Assembly (NCBI GenBank): GCA_038087875.1
Contig: CM076001.1
Span: 808,001 to 872,000 of the forward strand
Direction of reading: 5' to 3'
Source of the DNA: Malacoraja senta
Lineage: Eukaryota
DNA length: 64,000 nt
The notes beneath the pieces are model-generated. The model was not told the origin of the DNA. It did not search any database and saw only the letters and a program-made list of their open reading frames with translations. Below, piece by piece: positions 25,765 through 40,168 of the stretch (within the stretch, counting starts at the first letter, position 1; every line of letters starts with the position of its first letter). Made by a program: the position numbers and the translations under genes.

Positions 25765-26050
25765 TATAGGAGTAGAATTAGGGCATTTGGCCCATCGAGT
25801 TGACTGCCATTCAATCATGGCAGATCTCTTCCTCCTAATTCAATTTTCCTCCCTTCTCCACATAACCCTTGACACCCATTCTAATCACGAAATGTTTCTC
25901 TATCGGCCTTAAAAATATCCACTGAATTGGCCTCCACAGCCCTCTGTGGCAATGAGTTTCGCAGATTAACTACCCTCTGACTAAAGAAGTTCCTCCTCAC
26001 CTCCTTTCTAAAAGAGCGCCCTTTAATTCTGAGGCTATGACCTCTGGTCT
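25765..26050 (-). mobile_element. CR1 3' fragment
   Basis: TGGCCTCCACAGCCCTCTGTGGCAATGAG segment similar to the other CR1 copies. Confidence 0.75.
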
Positions 26051-26309
26051 ATATAAAAGGAATACGATTAAAAAAAGCAAAACTGCTGTAATTGCAGCAC
26101 TTTTCTTCATGCATAATCCCAGGATGTCCCAAAAAAGCTTTGTGAGAAATTATATTGTACTTTTTTTGGTGCACTAAAACATTGCTGTTTGTAGTAGCAA
26201 TTAATGAGAGGACATGCATGTGATGAAGGAGCTGGAAAATCTTAGAGAAAAGAGGAGGCAGAGAAAGCGGATGATGATGAGGCCAATATTGATGATAACA
26301 ACGATGAGT

Positions 26310-28370
26310 AGAAGATGAAGATGATGAAGATGAAGATGAAGATGAAGATGAAGATGAAGATGAAGATGAAGATGAAGATGAAGATGAAGATGAAGAATGA
26401 AGATGAAGATGAATGAAAGATGAAGATGAAGATGAAGATGAAGATGAAGATGAAGATGAAGATGAAGATGAAGATGAAGATGAAGATGAAGATAAGATGA
26501 AGATGAAGATGAAGATGAAGATGAAGATTGAAGATGAAGATGAAGATGAAGATTGAAGATGAATATGAAGATGAAGATGAAGATGAAGATGAAGATGAAG
26601 ATGAAGATGAAGATGAAGATGAAGATGAAGATGAAGATGAAGATGAAGATGAAGATGAAGATGAAGATAAGATGAAGATGAAGATGAAGATGAAGATGAG
26701 AGATGAGATGAAGATGAAGATGAAGATGAAGATGAAGATGAAGATGAAGAAAGAAGATGAAGAGAAATGAAGATAAGATGAAGATGAAGAATGAAGAAGA
26801 AGATGAAGATGAAAGAAAGATGAAGATGAAGATGAAGAGATGAAAGATGAAGATGAAGATGAAGATGAAGATGAAGATGAAGATGAAGATGAGATGAAGA
26901 TGAAGATGAAGATGAAGATGAAGATGAAGATGAAGATGAAGATGAAGATGAAGATGAAGATGAAGATGAAGATGAAGATGGAAGATGAAGATGAAGATGA
27001 AGATGAAGATGAAAGATGAAGATGAAGATGAAGATGAAGATGAAGATGAAGATGAAGATGAAGATGAAGATGAAGATGAAGATGAAGATGAAGATGAAGA
27101 TGAAGATGAAGATGAAGATGAAGATGAAGATGAAGATGAAGATGAAGATGAAGATGAAGATGAAGATGAAGATGAAGATGAAGATGAAGATGAAGATGAA
27201 GATGAAGATGAAGATGAAGATGAAGAAGAAGATGAAGATGAAGATGACTAGATGAAGATGAAGATGATGAAGATGAAGATGAAGATGAAGATGAAGATGA
27301 AGAATGAAGATGAAGATGAAGATGAAGATGAAGATGAAGATGAAGATGAAAGATGAAGATGAAGATGAAGATGAAGATGAAGATGAAGATGAAGATGAAG
27401 ATGAAGATGAAGATGAAGAATGAAGATGAAGATGAAGATGAAGATGAAGATGAAGATGAAGATGAAGATGAAGATGAAGATGAAGATGAAGATGAAGATG
27501 AAGATGAAGATGAAGATGAGATGAAGATGAAGATGAAGATGAAGATGAAGATGAAGATGAAGATGAAGATGAAGATGAAGATGAAGATGAAGATGAAGAT
27601 GAAGATGAAGATGAAGATGAAGATGAAAGATGAAGATGAAGATGAAAGATGAAAGATGAAGATGAAGATGAAGATGAAGATGAAGATGAAGATGAAGATG
27701 AAGATGAAGATGAGAGAAGATGAAGATGAAGATGAAGATGAGATGGAAGATGAAGATGAAGATGAAGATGAAAGATGAAGATGAAGATGAAGATGAAGAT
27801 GAAGAGAAGATGAAGATGAAGATGAAGATGAAAGATGAAGATGAAGATGAAGATGAAGATGAAGATGAAGATGAAGATGAAGATGAAGATGAAGATGAAG
27901 ATGAAGATGAAGATGAAGATGAAGATGAAGATGAAGATGAAGATGAAGATGAAGATGAAGATGAAGATGAAGATGAAGATGAAGATGAAGATGAAGATGA
28001 AGATGAAGATGAAGATGAAGATGAAGATGAAGATGAAGATGAAGATGAAGATGAAGATGAAGATGAAGATGAAGATGAAGATGAAGATGAAGATGAAGAT
28101 GAAGATGAAGATGAAGATGAAGATGAAGATGAAGATGAAGATGAAGATGAAGATGAGATGAAGATGAAGATGAAGATGATGATGAAGGATGAAAGATGAA
28201 GATGAAGATGAAGATGAAGATGAAGATGAAGATGAAGATGGAAGATGAAGATGAAGATGATGATGAAGATGAAGATGAAGATGAAGATGAAGAATGAAAG
28301 ATGAAGATGAGATGAAGATGAAGATGAAGATGAAGATGAAGATGAAAGATGAAGATGAAGAAGAAGATGA
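26310..28370. repeat. ~2-kb (GAAGAT)n hexamer array
   Basis: Near-perfect GAAGAT units with scattered short indels. Confidence 0.98.
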
Positions 28371-28586
28371 CCACAGTGTGTCATGTTCTCCTGATTCCCA
28401 CAGCACAACTCAGGGATCAGTACCAGAGAGTGATAAGCAAATAATGTTAATGGAACATGTGGTGACAGTTGTGATGGTGGACACTAGTGGATTACTGTCT
28501 GGAACATAGCATAGTGTCTCACTCAATCCTCAAGAACCTTCGTTAACACAGGAAATTGAAAACTAATGAAATAATAATCTAATTTT

Positions 28587-28893
28587 GGGTGGCACAGTGG
28601 CAATCCCCACCACACCCCCCAACGAACCCCGCGCGCCAGACACCCAGGTTTGATCCTGACTACGGTCTATATGGAGTTTGTACGTTCTCCCTGTGACCAT
28701 GTGGGTTTTCTCTGGGTGCTCTGGTTTCCTCCCACACTCCAAAGATGTACAGTTTTGTAGATTAATTGGCTTTAGGAAAATTGTAAATTGGATCTAGTGT
28801 GAAGGATAGTGCTAATGTACAGAGTGATAGCCAGTCGGCACACACTCGGTGGGCCGAAGGGCCTGTTTCCATGCAGTTTCTCTAAAGTCTAAA
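28587..28893 (+). mobile_element. V-SINE/HE1-like SINE
   Basis: GGGTGGCACAGTGG head, GGTTTGATCCT B-box-like motif, V-like core, AAGGGCCTGTTTCC 3' end. Confidence 0.82.
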
Positions 28894-29324
28894 GAACAGA
28901 TCAGATACTTTTAGTCAGAAGTGATACCTGAAACATGATACCCTAAAAATGCAGTGAATAAATTAGGGGGTGTGAAAAGAATGGAACATGCTCCTACTTC
29001 TGCTGAAAAGAGCATCAGCTTTTCCCATTGTATATCTTTACTCATTTATTTATTTTGATGATTAACTGAACTAAAAAACTCCAAGTGAGTTTTATCAAAG
29101 ATTTCTAATTGTCGAAGACCACAGACTTCATTACTCCACAATGCATCCTCCTACTCACTGTGTGACAACCTGATCAATACAATGTGATGAGCATGGCTCT
29201 CAGCTGCATTGGCTTTTGAATATCCACCACTGAACTTGATCAACAGTCCAAGGCATTAAAGCGTTTGAACATTGTATGTGTACGCAGGCTAGAGTTCCTC
29301 TGGGAAAAGTATATTTTGTCGCAG

Positions 29325-29602
29325 AGGCCAGACCACCAGGCTCAAGAATAACTTCTTCCCAACAACTATCAAGCTGTTGAACACTATACAACACTAACCT
29401 CAATTATGAACTTCAATGGACTACCTTTGGTGGCATGAAATACTATTTTTTTACATTAGTATTGCAGTTATTAATTTATCGTTTATTTGTTCATTATATA
29501 TTATAAATATGTGTTTTGTGTTTATCTATTATCTGCTGCAAGTAAGAATTTAATTGTTCTGTTTTTCAATACATATGACAACTCTTGACTTGACTCTTGA
29601 CT
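29325..29602 (+). mobile_element. Rex1/Babar 3' fragment
   Basis: TTRLKNNFFPTTIKLLN followed by a (CTCTTGA)n tail. Confidence 0.7.
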
Positions 29603-30624
29603 ATGTTTGTGACATATTCAAGTGCCTGGAGAAGGGTTTCATTTACTGAAGTATCTCAAACCGGGCCGCTGAACTTAGGAAGCAGCGACTAATAAATTTA
29701 CCTCAGGTTTGGGAACTTCAGTGGTGGGGATTTTGATATCCTGCATCAAGTGGGACTTCATGGAACCATGAGAGGCTAAGCTGGATGAGTTATAAAGGAT
29801 GAGGCTGCTGATCTTGGTCTGTGGTATATAGCAACCAAACCAACATGAGACTCAAAATTAATGAGTGTCATCCTCACCAATCTACCTGTTGCATGTGACC
29901 CTATCCATGACAGTATTGTTATGGGTGAACAATCTTCATGCTGAGGACACTCTCCCTCATATTGTGTCGGCTCAAAGGTGAGCATCCATGTGGACCATCA
30001 GCACCAGCAGAAATACTCACCATCTCTGTAACCTCATTTATGTTTCAGTCATTCACAGGATGTGGACATTGCTGACAACACTGCATTATTTTCAATCTCC
30101 ATTTGTCCCTGAACCGAGAAGGCAGGAGATCAACACATCAGTGGCATTGGAGTCAGTGTGTCAGAGCAATAAGGATGACAGGAGTTCCTTCCTGAAGGAC
30201 AAGAGTAAACTGGATGAGTTTTTACAACAGTCTGATAGCTTTTGTTATTTTTATTTAAACCATGCTGAAAATACACAGGTTAAATCACACCGGAACAATA
30301 ACCTGCTTGTATGTTGATTCAGAAAGGGTTAACAATGAAAACTAGAGCAGCATAAAAATGTGACCAGCATTTGGTGAGTAAGGTAAGGTTGGGAAGTGCT
30401 CTTTCGGTTCATCTGTCTGATAATTTGATTCAGTGCTGCAGAGGGAACTCCAATATGTGCACCAGACAGCTGGTGCATTTTAAACAGTACCCAGCTGTTT
30501 CTGGACCATAATGAATATCTGCAATCAACCACCAAGCAATGATAAGAGCAGACAAGCCATTTACCTGCTCTACAAATAACAAGTCAAAGAAAATCATTGC
30601 AACTTCTAAGTGCCTGTTGAGAAT

Positions 30625-30997
30625 GTTAGTTTTAGTATGAGAGAAATAGATCGGGTAGAAGCACAAAGTCTCTTGCCCAGAGTAGGGGAATCAAGAACCA
30701 GGTGCCTTTGGTTTAAGGTGATGGGGGAAAGATTTAATAGGAACCTGAGGGGTAACATTTTCACACAGAGGGTGGTTGGTGTATGAAATGAGCTACCGAA
30801 GGAGGTAGATGAGGCAGGTAGTATCGTAACGTTTAAGAAACATTTGGACAGGAACATGGATTGGACAGGTTTAGAGGGATATGGGCCAAGCGTAGGCTGG
30901 TGGGGACTGATGTAGATGGGACATGTTGGTCAGTATGGACAAGTTGGACCAAAGGGTCTGTTTCCACATTGTATGACTCTCTGACTCTATGATTCTA
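30625..30997 (+). mobile_element. CR1 3' fragment
   Basis: RGNIFTQRVVGVWN-type segment and (GACTCT)n tail. Confidence 0.85.
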
Positions 30998-31243
30998 TTC
31001 ATGAAATCAGAGCAGCTTACAGCTCAATCCATCGTGTAGCTGTGCTATTCAATAACATCTGATATTATTGCTGATCTGACTTCAACCTCAACTTCACATT
31101 CTACTCTATTACTGAAAATCTTTTCTTCCCTAGCTTATTAAGTATCTATCCATCTGCTTTAAAAACCTCTATTTCCACCACCATTTCAGGGAGAGACTTC
31201 CAAATACACAACTGTGAAACAAACAAATATCGCCTTATCTCTT

Positions 31244-31665
31244 TGTAGGAAGAAACTGCAGATGCCGGTTTAAACCGAAGATAGACACAAAAAGTAACTC
31301 AGCGGGTCAGGCAACATCTTTAGAGAAAAGCAATAGATGACATTTTGGGTCAAGACCCTTCTTCAGACTGAGAGCCAGGAGAAAGGGAAACGAGAGGTCT
31401 AGACGGTGATATAGAGAAATATAGAACAAATGATGAAGTTGTACACTGAAGTTAGAGAAATCAATATTCATACCGCTGGGTTGTAAGCTGCCAAGCCAAA
31501 TATGAGGTGCTGTTCCTCCAAGTTGCATTTGGCCTCACTCTGAAAATGGAGGAGGCTCAGGACAGAAAGGTCAGTGTGGGAATGGGAGGGGAGTTTAAAT
31601 GTTTGGCAACTGGGAGATCAGGTAGGCTACGGTATGAATATTGATTTCTCTAACTTCAAGTAACT
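31244..31665 (-). mobile_element. Penelope-like element 3' fragment with pLTR and a short inverted segment
   Basis: LGSLQPSGMNIDFSNF is the GIY-YIG C-terminus. 31631-31658 is an inverted copy of about 31446-31474. Confidence 0.8.
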
Positions 31666-32182
31666 TGTCAAGCAAATGCTGGGAGTTACAGGTACAATGA
31701 AAATCTTCCTTGCATCAGCTTCACAGGCAAATAGATTCACACAGCACACAAAAACATAAATTAAGTATATTTTTCCATAAATTTTACAAAACAGTGAAAA
31801 GGATGGTGCAAAAAAAAACATTAGCACAAAACACATTTGGAAAACAAAGTAATGATAATGCAGAGGTGGTCCATGGTGTTCTGTTGCTGAGGTAGGATTA
31901 GTGTTATACAGGTCGGTTCAAGAACTTGATGGTTGAAGGAAAGTAGCTGGACCGGAACCTGGTGGTGTGCGACATCTTCCTTCTGTACCTCCTGCCTGAT
32001 GGTAGCATTGAGAATAGGGCATGGCCCGAATGGGGGGAATCCTTGATGATATTTTGCATTCCTGTGGCAGCACCTCATGCAAATGTTTCCGATGGTGGGG
32101 AGGGCTGGGCCCATGATGGACCAGGCTAAGTCCAAATTTCTCTGCAATTTCTTGCATTTCTCAGTGTTGGAATTGCCATACA
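31666..32182 (-). mobile_element. Rex1/Babar LINE 3' fragment
   Basis: YGNSNTEKCKKLQR...AWSIMGPALPTI. Confidence 0.72.
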
Positions 32183-32681
32183 ATTAGTCCAGCTATCGCA
32201 CTGGTAAACCTTAATTGAACTGCTTCCAATACATCAATGTCCCTTTTTAAATTAGGAGATCAATACTGTACATAATGACCAGAAGTGGTCTCACCACTCA
32301 TAAATAGTTGAAGCATAACTTCTCTCCTTTTGTTTTTAATTCTCCTAGCAATAAACAATGGCATTCTATTAGCTTTTCTAATTACCTGCCATACTTGGAC
32401 ACTGCCTTTTGCAGTTCACTTATAATTTTAAAATAATTTATCTCCCCATGCTTAATGAAAAATCCATTAAAACAATGTTTTTCCATCAATAATCAGAAAA
32501 TAATAAATGAAATATTTTTCTGCAGTGTAGTTTATATCTCAGTATTTTATTCTATGCTGAGTATATATGCTGGGCAGGTAGCAAAAAAATGCCTTTTGGA
32601 ACCACTAGCGAGATCCTACTTCTTTTGTGTCTTCTTTTGTGTTTCAACTTTTACCTGCTCAAGGATATACCTTGCAACACT

Positions 32682-32995
32682 TTAGTTTAGTTTAGTTTAG
32701 AGATACAGCACGGAAACAGGCCCTTCAGCCCACCTAGTCCATGCCGACTAGCGATTCCACACACCAACACTATCCTATACACACTTAAGGCCAATTTACA
32801 ATTTTACCAAGCCTATTAGCCTACAAAGCCTGTAGGACTATGGAGTGTTGGTGGAAACCGGAGCACCCGGAGAAAATTCACGCAGGTTACAGGGAGAATG
32901 TACAAACTCCTTACAGACTGCACCCATAGTCAGGATCGTACCCGGGTCTCTGTGGCTGAAAGGCAGCATCTTACCGCTGCACCACCGTGCCACCC
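32682..32995 (-). mobile_element. V-SINE/HE1-like SINE
   Basis: Same structure as 7338-7646. Confidence 0.87.
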
Positions 32996-33464
32996 TTCTT
33001 CAAAGATACAGATGACTTATACCATTTGAGCCTCTCTGCAAATGTTAACCGGTGGCGTGTGCAGGGAAAGCTATTGTAAATTTTCCACCGAGCCAATTTA
33101 ATGGGAAGAGAACGCAAAATCAGAAGATCAATTGCCCTACTGCTTGGTCCCACTGATAAATAGGTTGGTAGAAACAGCAAAATTGGGATCAATATTCCTT
33201 CTTTTCAAAATGAGTGGTAACCACTATGTCTAATGGGTTTGGGATGAGATGATTAACCCATACAGTATAATGTTGAAATAGGCCAATGTGGAAACATGTA
33301 CCAGCGATGGTGCAAGCATAATAGGCTTGTAAATGCAATACACACAGATAATATATAATAAACACAAATAAAGCAATAAATTAATTACCACAATCCAGTG
33401 CAAAAACCTGTCCTTAGTGCAACCAAAGACAGTCCACTGAAGTCCATAGTTTGTGTGACATAGT

Positions 33465-33690
33465 GTTCAACCCAGAGAGTTGTGAATTTGTGGAATCCTC
33501 TGCCACAGATGGCAGTTGAGGCCACTTCACTGGATGAATTTAAAAGAGAGTTAGATAGAGCTCTCGGGGCTAGCGAAATTATGGGATATGGGGAGAAGGC
33601 AAGCACGGGTTACTGATTGTGGATGATCCCGAAGGGCCAAATGGCCTCCTACTGCTCCTATTTTCAATGTTTCTGTTTCTATGTTTCTAA
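33465..33690 (+). mobile_element. CR1 3' end inserted in a minus-strand Rex1-like 3' UTR (about 33270-33772)
   Basis: CAGAGAGTTGTGAATTTGTGGAAT segment and (TTTCTATG)n tail. Confidence 0.78.
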
Positions 33691-34938
33691 CTGTCTGATT
33701 ATAGTTAGTAAGGAAGCTTTGAGGCTGAAGGCCATGGTTTTCAGTCTCCCCTACCTTCTTCCCAATGGTAGGACCAATGTAGAAGTTACACCTCTAATAC
33801 AAACAATGAGTGTTTATTTTAGGTCTATGCAAATTCTCCTTATTTCAAAATACAACAATTAAAAATAGCTGAATTCCAAAATCCGTTCTCTAAAGATAGG
33901 ATTGAACAGAAGAATAGCCAGCATGGAAAACATTTGTTTTGTATGTAGTACTCCTCCTAATCTCCAAAAATAGATTCAACATGATCAGCTATACCAAAGA
34001 CTTGTGATCCTCAAACTTCCATATTCTCATGCTTCTTACATGAGGGACCATTAACCTCTTGAGATGCAGCTATTTTGCAGCAATCCTCTGTAATATTTGT
34101 CCTTTGCTTTGGTTCTTGATGTAACAATGTTTCATTAACTGCCACACGTTGCCCTCAATTCTCACAGGAATTCTTGAAGCAATTTTGAACAAGGCTCTTA
34201 TTTCATGCGGCCACTTGCAATAACACTCATTCCTTGCAACAGCGTGTGGTGAACTTCAAGGTACACTGACTTTGTTAATTGATTTGCCATGATGGTTTTT
34301 TGTTGCTAGACCTTCCAGTCTGGCCACTCTTGTTTCTCATTGGGATTAGTTGTGATGGTATGGCTTCTTGTGTTGTTGTGAACATGGTTTCATTTTTCCT
34401 TTGTTGCCGTATTCGTGGCACCTTTATCTTTCACATTAATTGATTGTGACAATCTACTTTCTTAATTGTTGAGCATGTCTCATTGCTGCCCCTTCTCATT
34501 TAAATACATTCTTAACTTTCGTTTCACCCACATCTTCAATTCACAGCCCTTATTATTTTTCTTGTAGACATTCGTAAAGGGTTACTTGTTTCTCAAAGCT
34601 TAGGCCAATTAAGTGAAGTAGCCTGGTTGCTAAAGACTGATACAATAACTGTTGAAAGGGAATAAATAAGAACTTAAGAGGGCATAGCTTAAGCAAGCTA
34701 AGTGAACATGGTAATTACAACAGCGAAATAAAATTGTCACTTGTTATCAAAGTGGACAATCTGAAAACTGACATCCCAGACAATAAATCATGATTTGATT
34801 ACTATATAGGGAGCATTTGGTGCAAACTGAAACTGTACCAGGCTTGCATCATTTACTTCCAAGGGATGAAGACATGCATTCTCTGCTTACAGACAGAGGA
34901 GCTTAGTGGAACATTCAACATTGAATTGAGTCAGGACT

Positions 34939-35793
34939 ACATAGATACATAGATACATAGAAAATAGGTGCAGGAATAGGCCATTCGGCCCTTCGAGCCT
35001 GCACCGCCATTCAATATGATCATGGCTGATCATCCAACTCAGTATCCCGTACCTGCCTTCTCTCCATACCCCCTGATCCCCTTAGCCACAAGGGCCGCAT
35101 CTAACTCCCTCTTAAATATAGCCAATGAACTGGCCTCAACTACCCTCTGTGGCAGAGAGTTCCAGAGATTCACCACTCTCTGTGTGAAAATGTTTTTCCT
35201 CATCTCGGTCTTAAAGGATTTCCCCCTTATCCTTAAGCTGTGACCCCTTGTCCTGGACTTCCCCAACATCGGGAACAATCTTCCTGCATCTAGCCTGTCC
35301 AACCCCATAAGAATTTTGTACGTTTCTATAAGATCCCCTCTCAATCTCCTAAATTCTAGCGAGTATAAGCCAAGTCTAACCAGTCTTTCTTCATATGAAA
35401 GTCCTGACATCCCAGGAACCAGTCTGGTGAACCTTCTCTGCACTCCCTCTATGGCTATAATGTCCTTCCTCAGATTTGGATACCAAAACTGTACGCAATA
35501 CTCCAGGTGTGGTCTCACCAAGACCCTGTACAACTGCAGTAGAACCTCCCTGCTCCTATACTCAAATCCTCTTGCTATGAAGGCCAACATACCATTCACT
35601 TTCTTCACTGCCTGCTGCACCTGCATGCCTACTTTCAATGACTGGTGTACCATGACACCCAGGTCTCGCTGCATCTCCCCATTTCCTAATCGGCCACCAT
35701 TTAGATAATAGTCTGCCTTCCCGTTTTTGCCACCAAAGTGGATAACCTCACATTTATCCACATTATACTGCATCTGCCAAACATTTGCCCACA
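34939..35793 (-). mobile_element. Young 5'-truncated CR1 LINE
   Basis: Intact 252-aa ORF2 C-terminus (WQMQYNVDKCEVIHFG...RPHLEYCVQFW...FTQRVVNLWNSLP) and (ATAGATAC)n tail. Confidence 0.95.
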
Positions 35794-35851
35794 TCATTTA
35801 TGAAAGCAAGTTTAGTGAGATGCAGGTGAGAAAGACTCCACGTAGATAGAG

Positions 35852-35966
35852 TCTTTCGGGGACTCCACGTAGATAAAGAAGGGTTTCGGCCCGAAACGTT
35901 GCCTATTTCCTTGGCTCCATAGATGCTGCTGCACCCGCTGAGTTTCTCCAGCATTTTTGTGTACCT
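35852..35966 (+). mobile_element. Short Penelope pLTR insertion with 15-bp TSD and templated junction filler
   Basis: TCCACGTAGATAGAG at 35837-35851 and 35967-35981. The insert matches the pLTR at 48140-48230. Confidence 0.8.
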
Positions 35967-37554
35967 TCCACGTAGATAGAGGTTGATGGGGGAATAGGTG
36001 GATGGTGGAGGTCACATTAATTGAACAAAGATACATTCTATGAGGAATGGGGTATGGGAGCCAGTCACCATATGGGAGTAATCAAGCTCTATTTGCAGTG
36101 GGTTGGCACCTCATAATTGCCAAAGGAGTGAGGTGGGTAAGCCAGATCCCTTAGAGAGGAGTGGTCTGGTGGGACCTAGGCTCCATGATATTGGAGATAG
36201 ACCATGAGGTGTAGGATGAAGGGTGGAAGACACCATGAGAAAGAATGGCGGGAGCAAAGACAGATCTTTCAAGGAGGAGTGGGTAAGTGGGATATTCCCT
36301 ATTGTGGTTGAGGTGAGACAGACTCCATGAGAAGGATCTGACCCTGTATCGAGGTGCAGTTAAGGAGAAAGTAAGGTCAGTTTTCCATTGAAATTAATGG
36401 GTTTAAGCAAATCCAATTCTGTTTTCACTGCAGGAGAAATAAAAATAAAAATAAGTCAATAAAAATGATTGTCCAAGGCATCATGATCAATTTTAAAAGA
36501 AGCATTTCACATCAGGGTGTCCGATATTTACTAATTGGCACTATTGTTTACCTGACCTACATTACTATGCAGTATCTCCCTGGCTAAGTATGCTTCTGCT
36601 CTCTTGTTATTTAGCTCCCTCTTGTGATTTAGCTTCAGGAGCACATGTGATACAGGTCTGTTTTTATTGAGGATTGCCAGCATCTACAGTATTTTGATTT
36701 TCATGACATAAGCTTGCATCATTCAAGTCAGAATTTGATTGCACGCTAGTTAATCATGGGTGTCAGGTCAATTAGGACCTCATAAGTACTATTTAATAAT
36801 AGCTAAGGAATTATAGTTGTCCGGCAGCTGTATAATTCAACACCACGTGCAAACAGCGGTAGGTAAGAATTAAAATAATTATAGCCCAACCCCATGTATT
36901 TTTCAAAATGTAATAATTTATATATAGGATTAACTGTCAGGGCTTTCTCTTGTAGTTCCTGCTTAAGATCTTTAAATATGACAAGCAGAGCAGTTCCCAC
37001 TAGCTGCAGGGAAAATTATTAACAGCATATTCCTTGTGATAGTTAGACACCATTCTGTGATCCCTGTATAATTACTGTATTTTAAATCTTCAAAAGTAGA
37101 TCATATTTATTATATCACAGCCCTCACAATTATACTTGTCTCAAAATACACTGGAAGTGGAAGAAAATGACCTCAATTTAGTGATAGTTTAACCCAAACA
37201 ATTACATGAAACTTTTTTTTAAGCAGCTGATGGAATTATTTCAATATGTCTTAAAATAATGATTTTGCTTTAAATGCAATGGGAAGCTTCTGAAGAGCAA
37301 ACACTTATCCCTGCAGACTGATGGCTTCTTAAAGTTCTTTGAAGTCTCTTTAAGAATCTTGCAGTACAGATTTCTGAAGATCTTAGAGAAAGGGAGATGT
37401 TAGCAGCTGGCAGATGGGTGGCAATGGCAGCCTCAAGAAACTGTCTACTATGTGCCTGTCCAGGAAAATTAAATGGCTTGCTACCGCTGGTGCCAAAGGT
37501 AACACCACAGTGAATGCGCCTCTCTTTTCATTTCCCAAGTAAATGAAATCTCTA

Positions 37555-38330
37555 ACAAATCAGATGAACAACCGTCTACACCTACCCCTTGACTCCTTCC
37601 TCTAAACCAATTTAGAATCCAGTCGCCCTGCTCACCTTGGATCCCATGGGATCTAACCTTCCAGATTGGCCAATCCATGCAGGACTTTGCCAAAGGCCTT
37701 GCTAATATGCATGCAGACAATACCTGCCCTGACCAATCCTCTTCATGACCTCTTCAAAACAACTTAGATTTATTTGTGATCAGATATGTGAACCATGATA
37801 TTCCATGCACAAAGGAATGCTGAATATGTCTAATCAGTCCGTGTCTATCCAAATGCTGTCCCTAAGAATCCCCTCTAACAACATCCCCATCACTGACATC
37901 AGGCTCATCAGTCAGTAGTTCCCTGGCATGTCCTTGCTGCCCTTCTTAAATAATGGTACAACATTAACCACCCTCCAGTCTTCCGGATCTTCACCTGCGG
38001 CTAATGTTGATGCAAATATCTGCAAATGTCTCCGCAAATTACTCCCTAACTTCCTACAAGGTCTGAGGATGCATTTGGTCAGGCCCTGGTAATTTATCTA
38101 TCTTAATGTGCTTTAAAACCGCTAATCCCCTTTGCTAGTAATTCATTAATGATCTAGGACATCACAATTCCTATGCCACAATTCCTTAGCTTAATTGATC
38201 TTCTCAGTAAAAATGGATGAGTAGTATCTACTTAATATCTCCACCACCCTGATGGCTCCATACAAAGATAACCACGCTGATCTTTAAGGGAATCTATTCT
38301 TCTCCTAGACACTCTTCTACTCTTAGGTAA
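37555..38330 (-). mobile_element. Old degraded CR1 RT-region fragment
   Basis: KVRSHGIQG...WILNW...VGVDG motif and other CR1-like remnants. Confidence 0.65.
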
Positions 38331-40168
38331 ATAAACTGAATACAGATACAGAACTTCATCAATGACCTAGCAAATCAATGTCCGCTGAATTTAAGACTGC
38401 TTCACTGTGTTATAATTATCCTGTGTGCTTCACTGAATTGGCGCAAAGTTGAAAGTACTACAACTTTTCCAGTGGTTCGGAAGATTTTACTTCTTTCTGA
38501 ATTGAAGAATTCAAACTTAGAAGCCTGAAGTGCACTGCCTAAGCTTCACGCTTCCAGATTTTAAATCCCATTACTTTTATGATTTAGCATAGTCAGTGCG
38601 TTAAATAGTTAATGTGAAGTGCCTGGTGTCAGAATCTAAACTGCACACCCATCACCATTTTATCCTGCATTGGACATAAAGCAAGATTTGTAGATTTTTC
38701 CTGTGGGGAAATATAATGGTTTACATCAGTCAAAGAGCTGAGTATTTCTCTTGTGTAAATGAGATACTTTCCCATTTGTACAGTTCATATAATTTAATTT
38801 ATTAAATTCTACATAGGCTGTTTTTTTCAATTCTATGGGGGTCTTGATTAAGAGCTGACCTACATGCTGTTTTTTTTTTAACTTATTAATATCTTTAAAG
38901 CAGCAGATTTTCACCTATATTTTCAAAGGCAGTAAATTCCCTTGAAATACACAAATTTCCTAATTGTATGGCACCATTTATTAATAAAATATTAATTCTG
39001 CAATGTGGTATACATAAGTATTTCTCAAGAGAACTAATCCCATAAATACAACCTCGTACTTTAACTCTCATTTAAAAGAGACAGCAATTGCAAATAACAT
39101 TTCAATTGGGGAGGTTAATGGATGCAGTGATTAAATCTAAAGGCCGGATATAACTAATCATTCAGAGGCTCTTTCTCCTGTTGCTGTGCAAGCATTAACT
39201 TCAAGTAGCAATATGAATTCTGTGCTCACCCTTTGAATTTGGACCTGCCAAGCCAAAGAAATTGGACAAAGAGGCTTTGTGGATGTTCTGCAACAAACCA
39301 TTTAGTAAAAGCTAACATTCTGCCTGCTTCATATGGAGTAGAGATCAGTAGGTAAGATGCTTGCTGTTCTTTACATTCTGGAGATGGTTGAACAAAGGAT
39401 GAAACTCTAAGCAATGCCTGCAGCTGGGACAAAGACCTTCAAATATCACAGTCATCCCCATTTGTATAAACAATTTCCAACCACTGGAGTATTGCCTATT
39501 TGTGTCTAGTTTTACCAGGGCTCCTTGATATCAAATGCTTTGTTGATGTCAGGGACAGTCACCCTCACCTCAATAATGGAAATCAGTTTCTTAATTTCTT
39601 GGACCAAGGGTGTGATGAGTTCTGGAGCTAAGTGGGCATGATGAAACCCAGACCGAGCATCAGTGAATAGGTTTTTGGTGAGATAGTCCAAATTGATAGC
39701 ACTGTTGATAACATCTTCCATCACTTTGTTGATGAAGGTTGAGTGATTTGGCAGTAATTAGCTGGACTGGATTTGTAGGCAAGGCATACTTGGACAGTTT
39801 CCACATTGTTCAGGTGGATGCCAGAGTTGCAAATGTACTGGAACAGCTTGGCTACAGACCGGGCTCATTTAGGATTTCAAAATTTCAAGGTTTCAAGGTC
39901 AGTTTATTGTCACATATACCAATTAAGGTACAGCGAAGTTTACACATCACCATACTGCCATACTAAGTGAAAAGCAACAAGACACAAAGCCAGATAAAAT
40001 AAAATTTAACATAAACATCCACCACAGCAGCTCTGTGCACTATCATTCTAAACATTTTGTAACCAAAGTAAGTTGAAGGAAGAACACACTAGAAACACCA
40101 CCTAGAATGCAGAACTGCCCACTACTTACAATGACATTCTTTTCTGTTGAACTAAATGGCTTCTACAG

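Noticed and set aside
26049..28408. Long ORFs (785, 710 and 386 aa) of poly-S/FI/LH and poly-ED/MK
   Set aside because: They are translations of the (GAAGAT)n array, which lacks stops in most frames.
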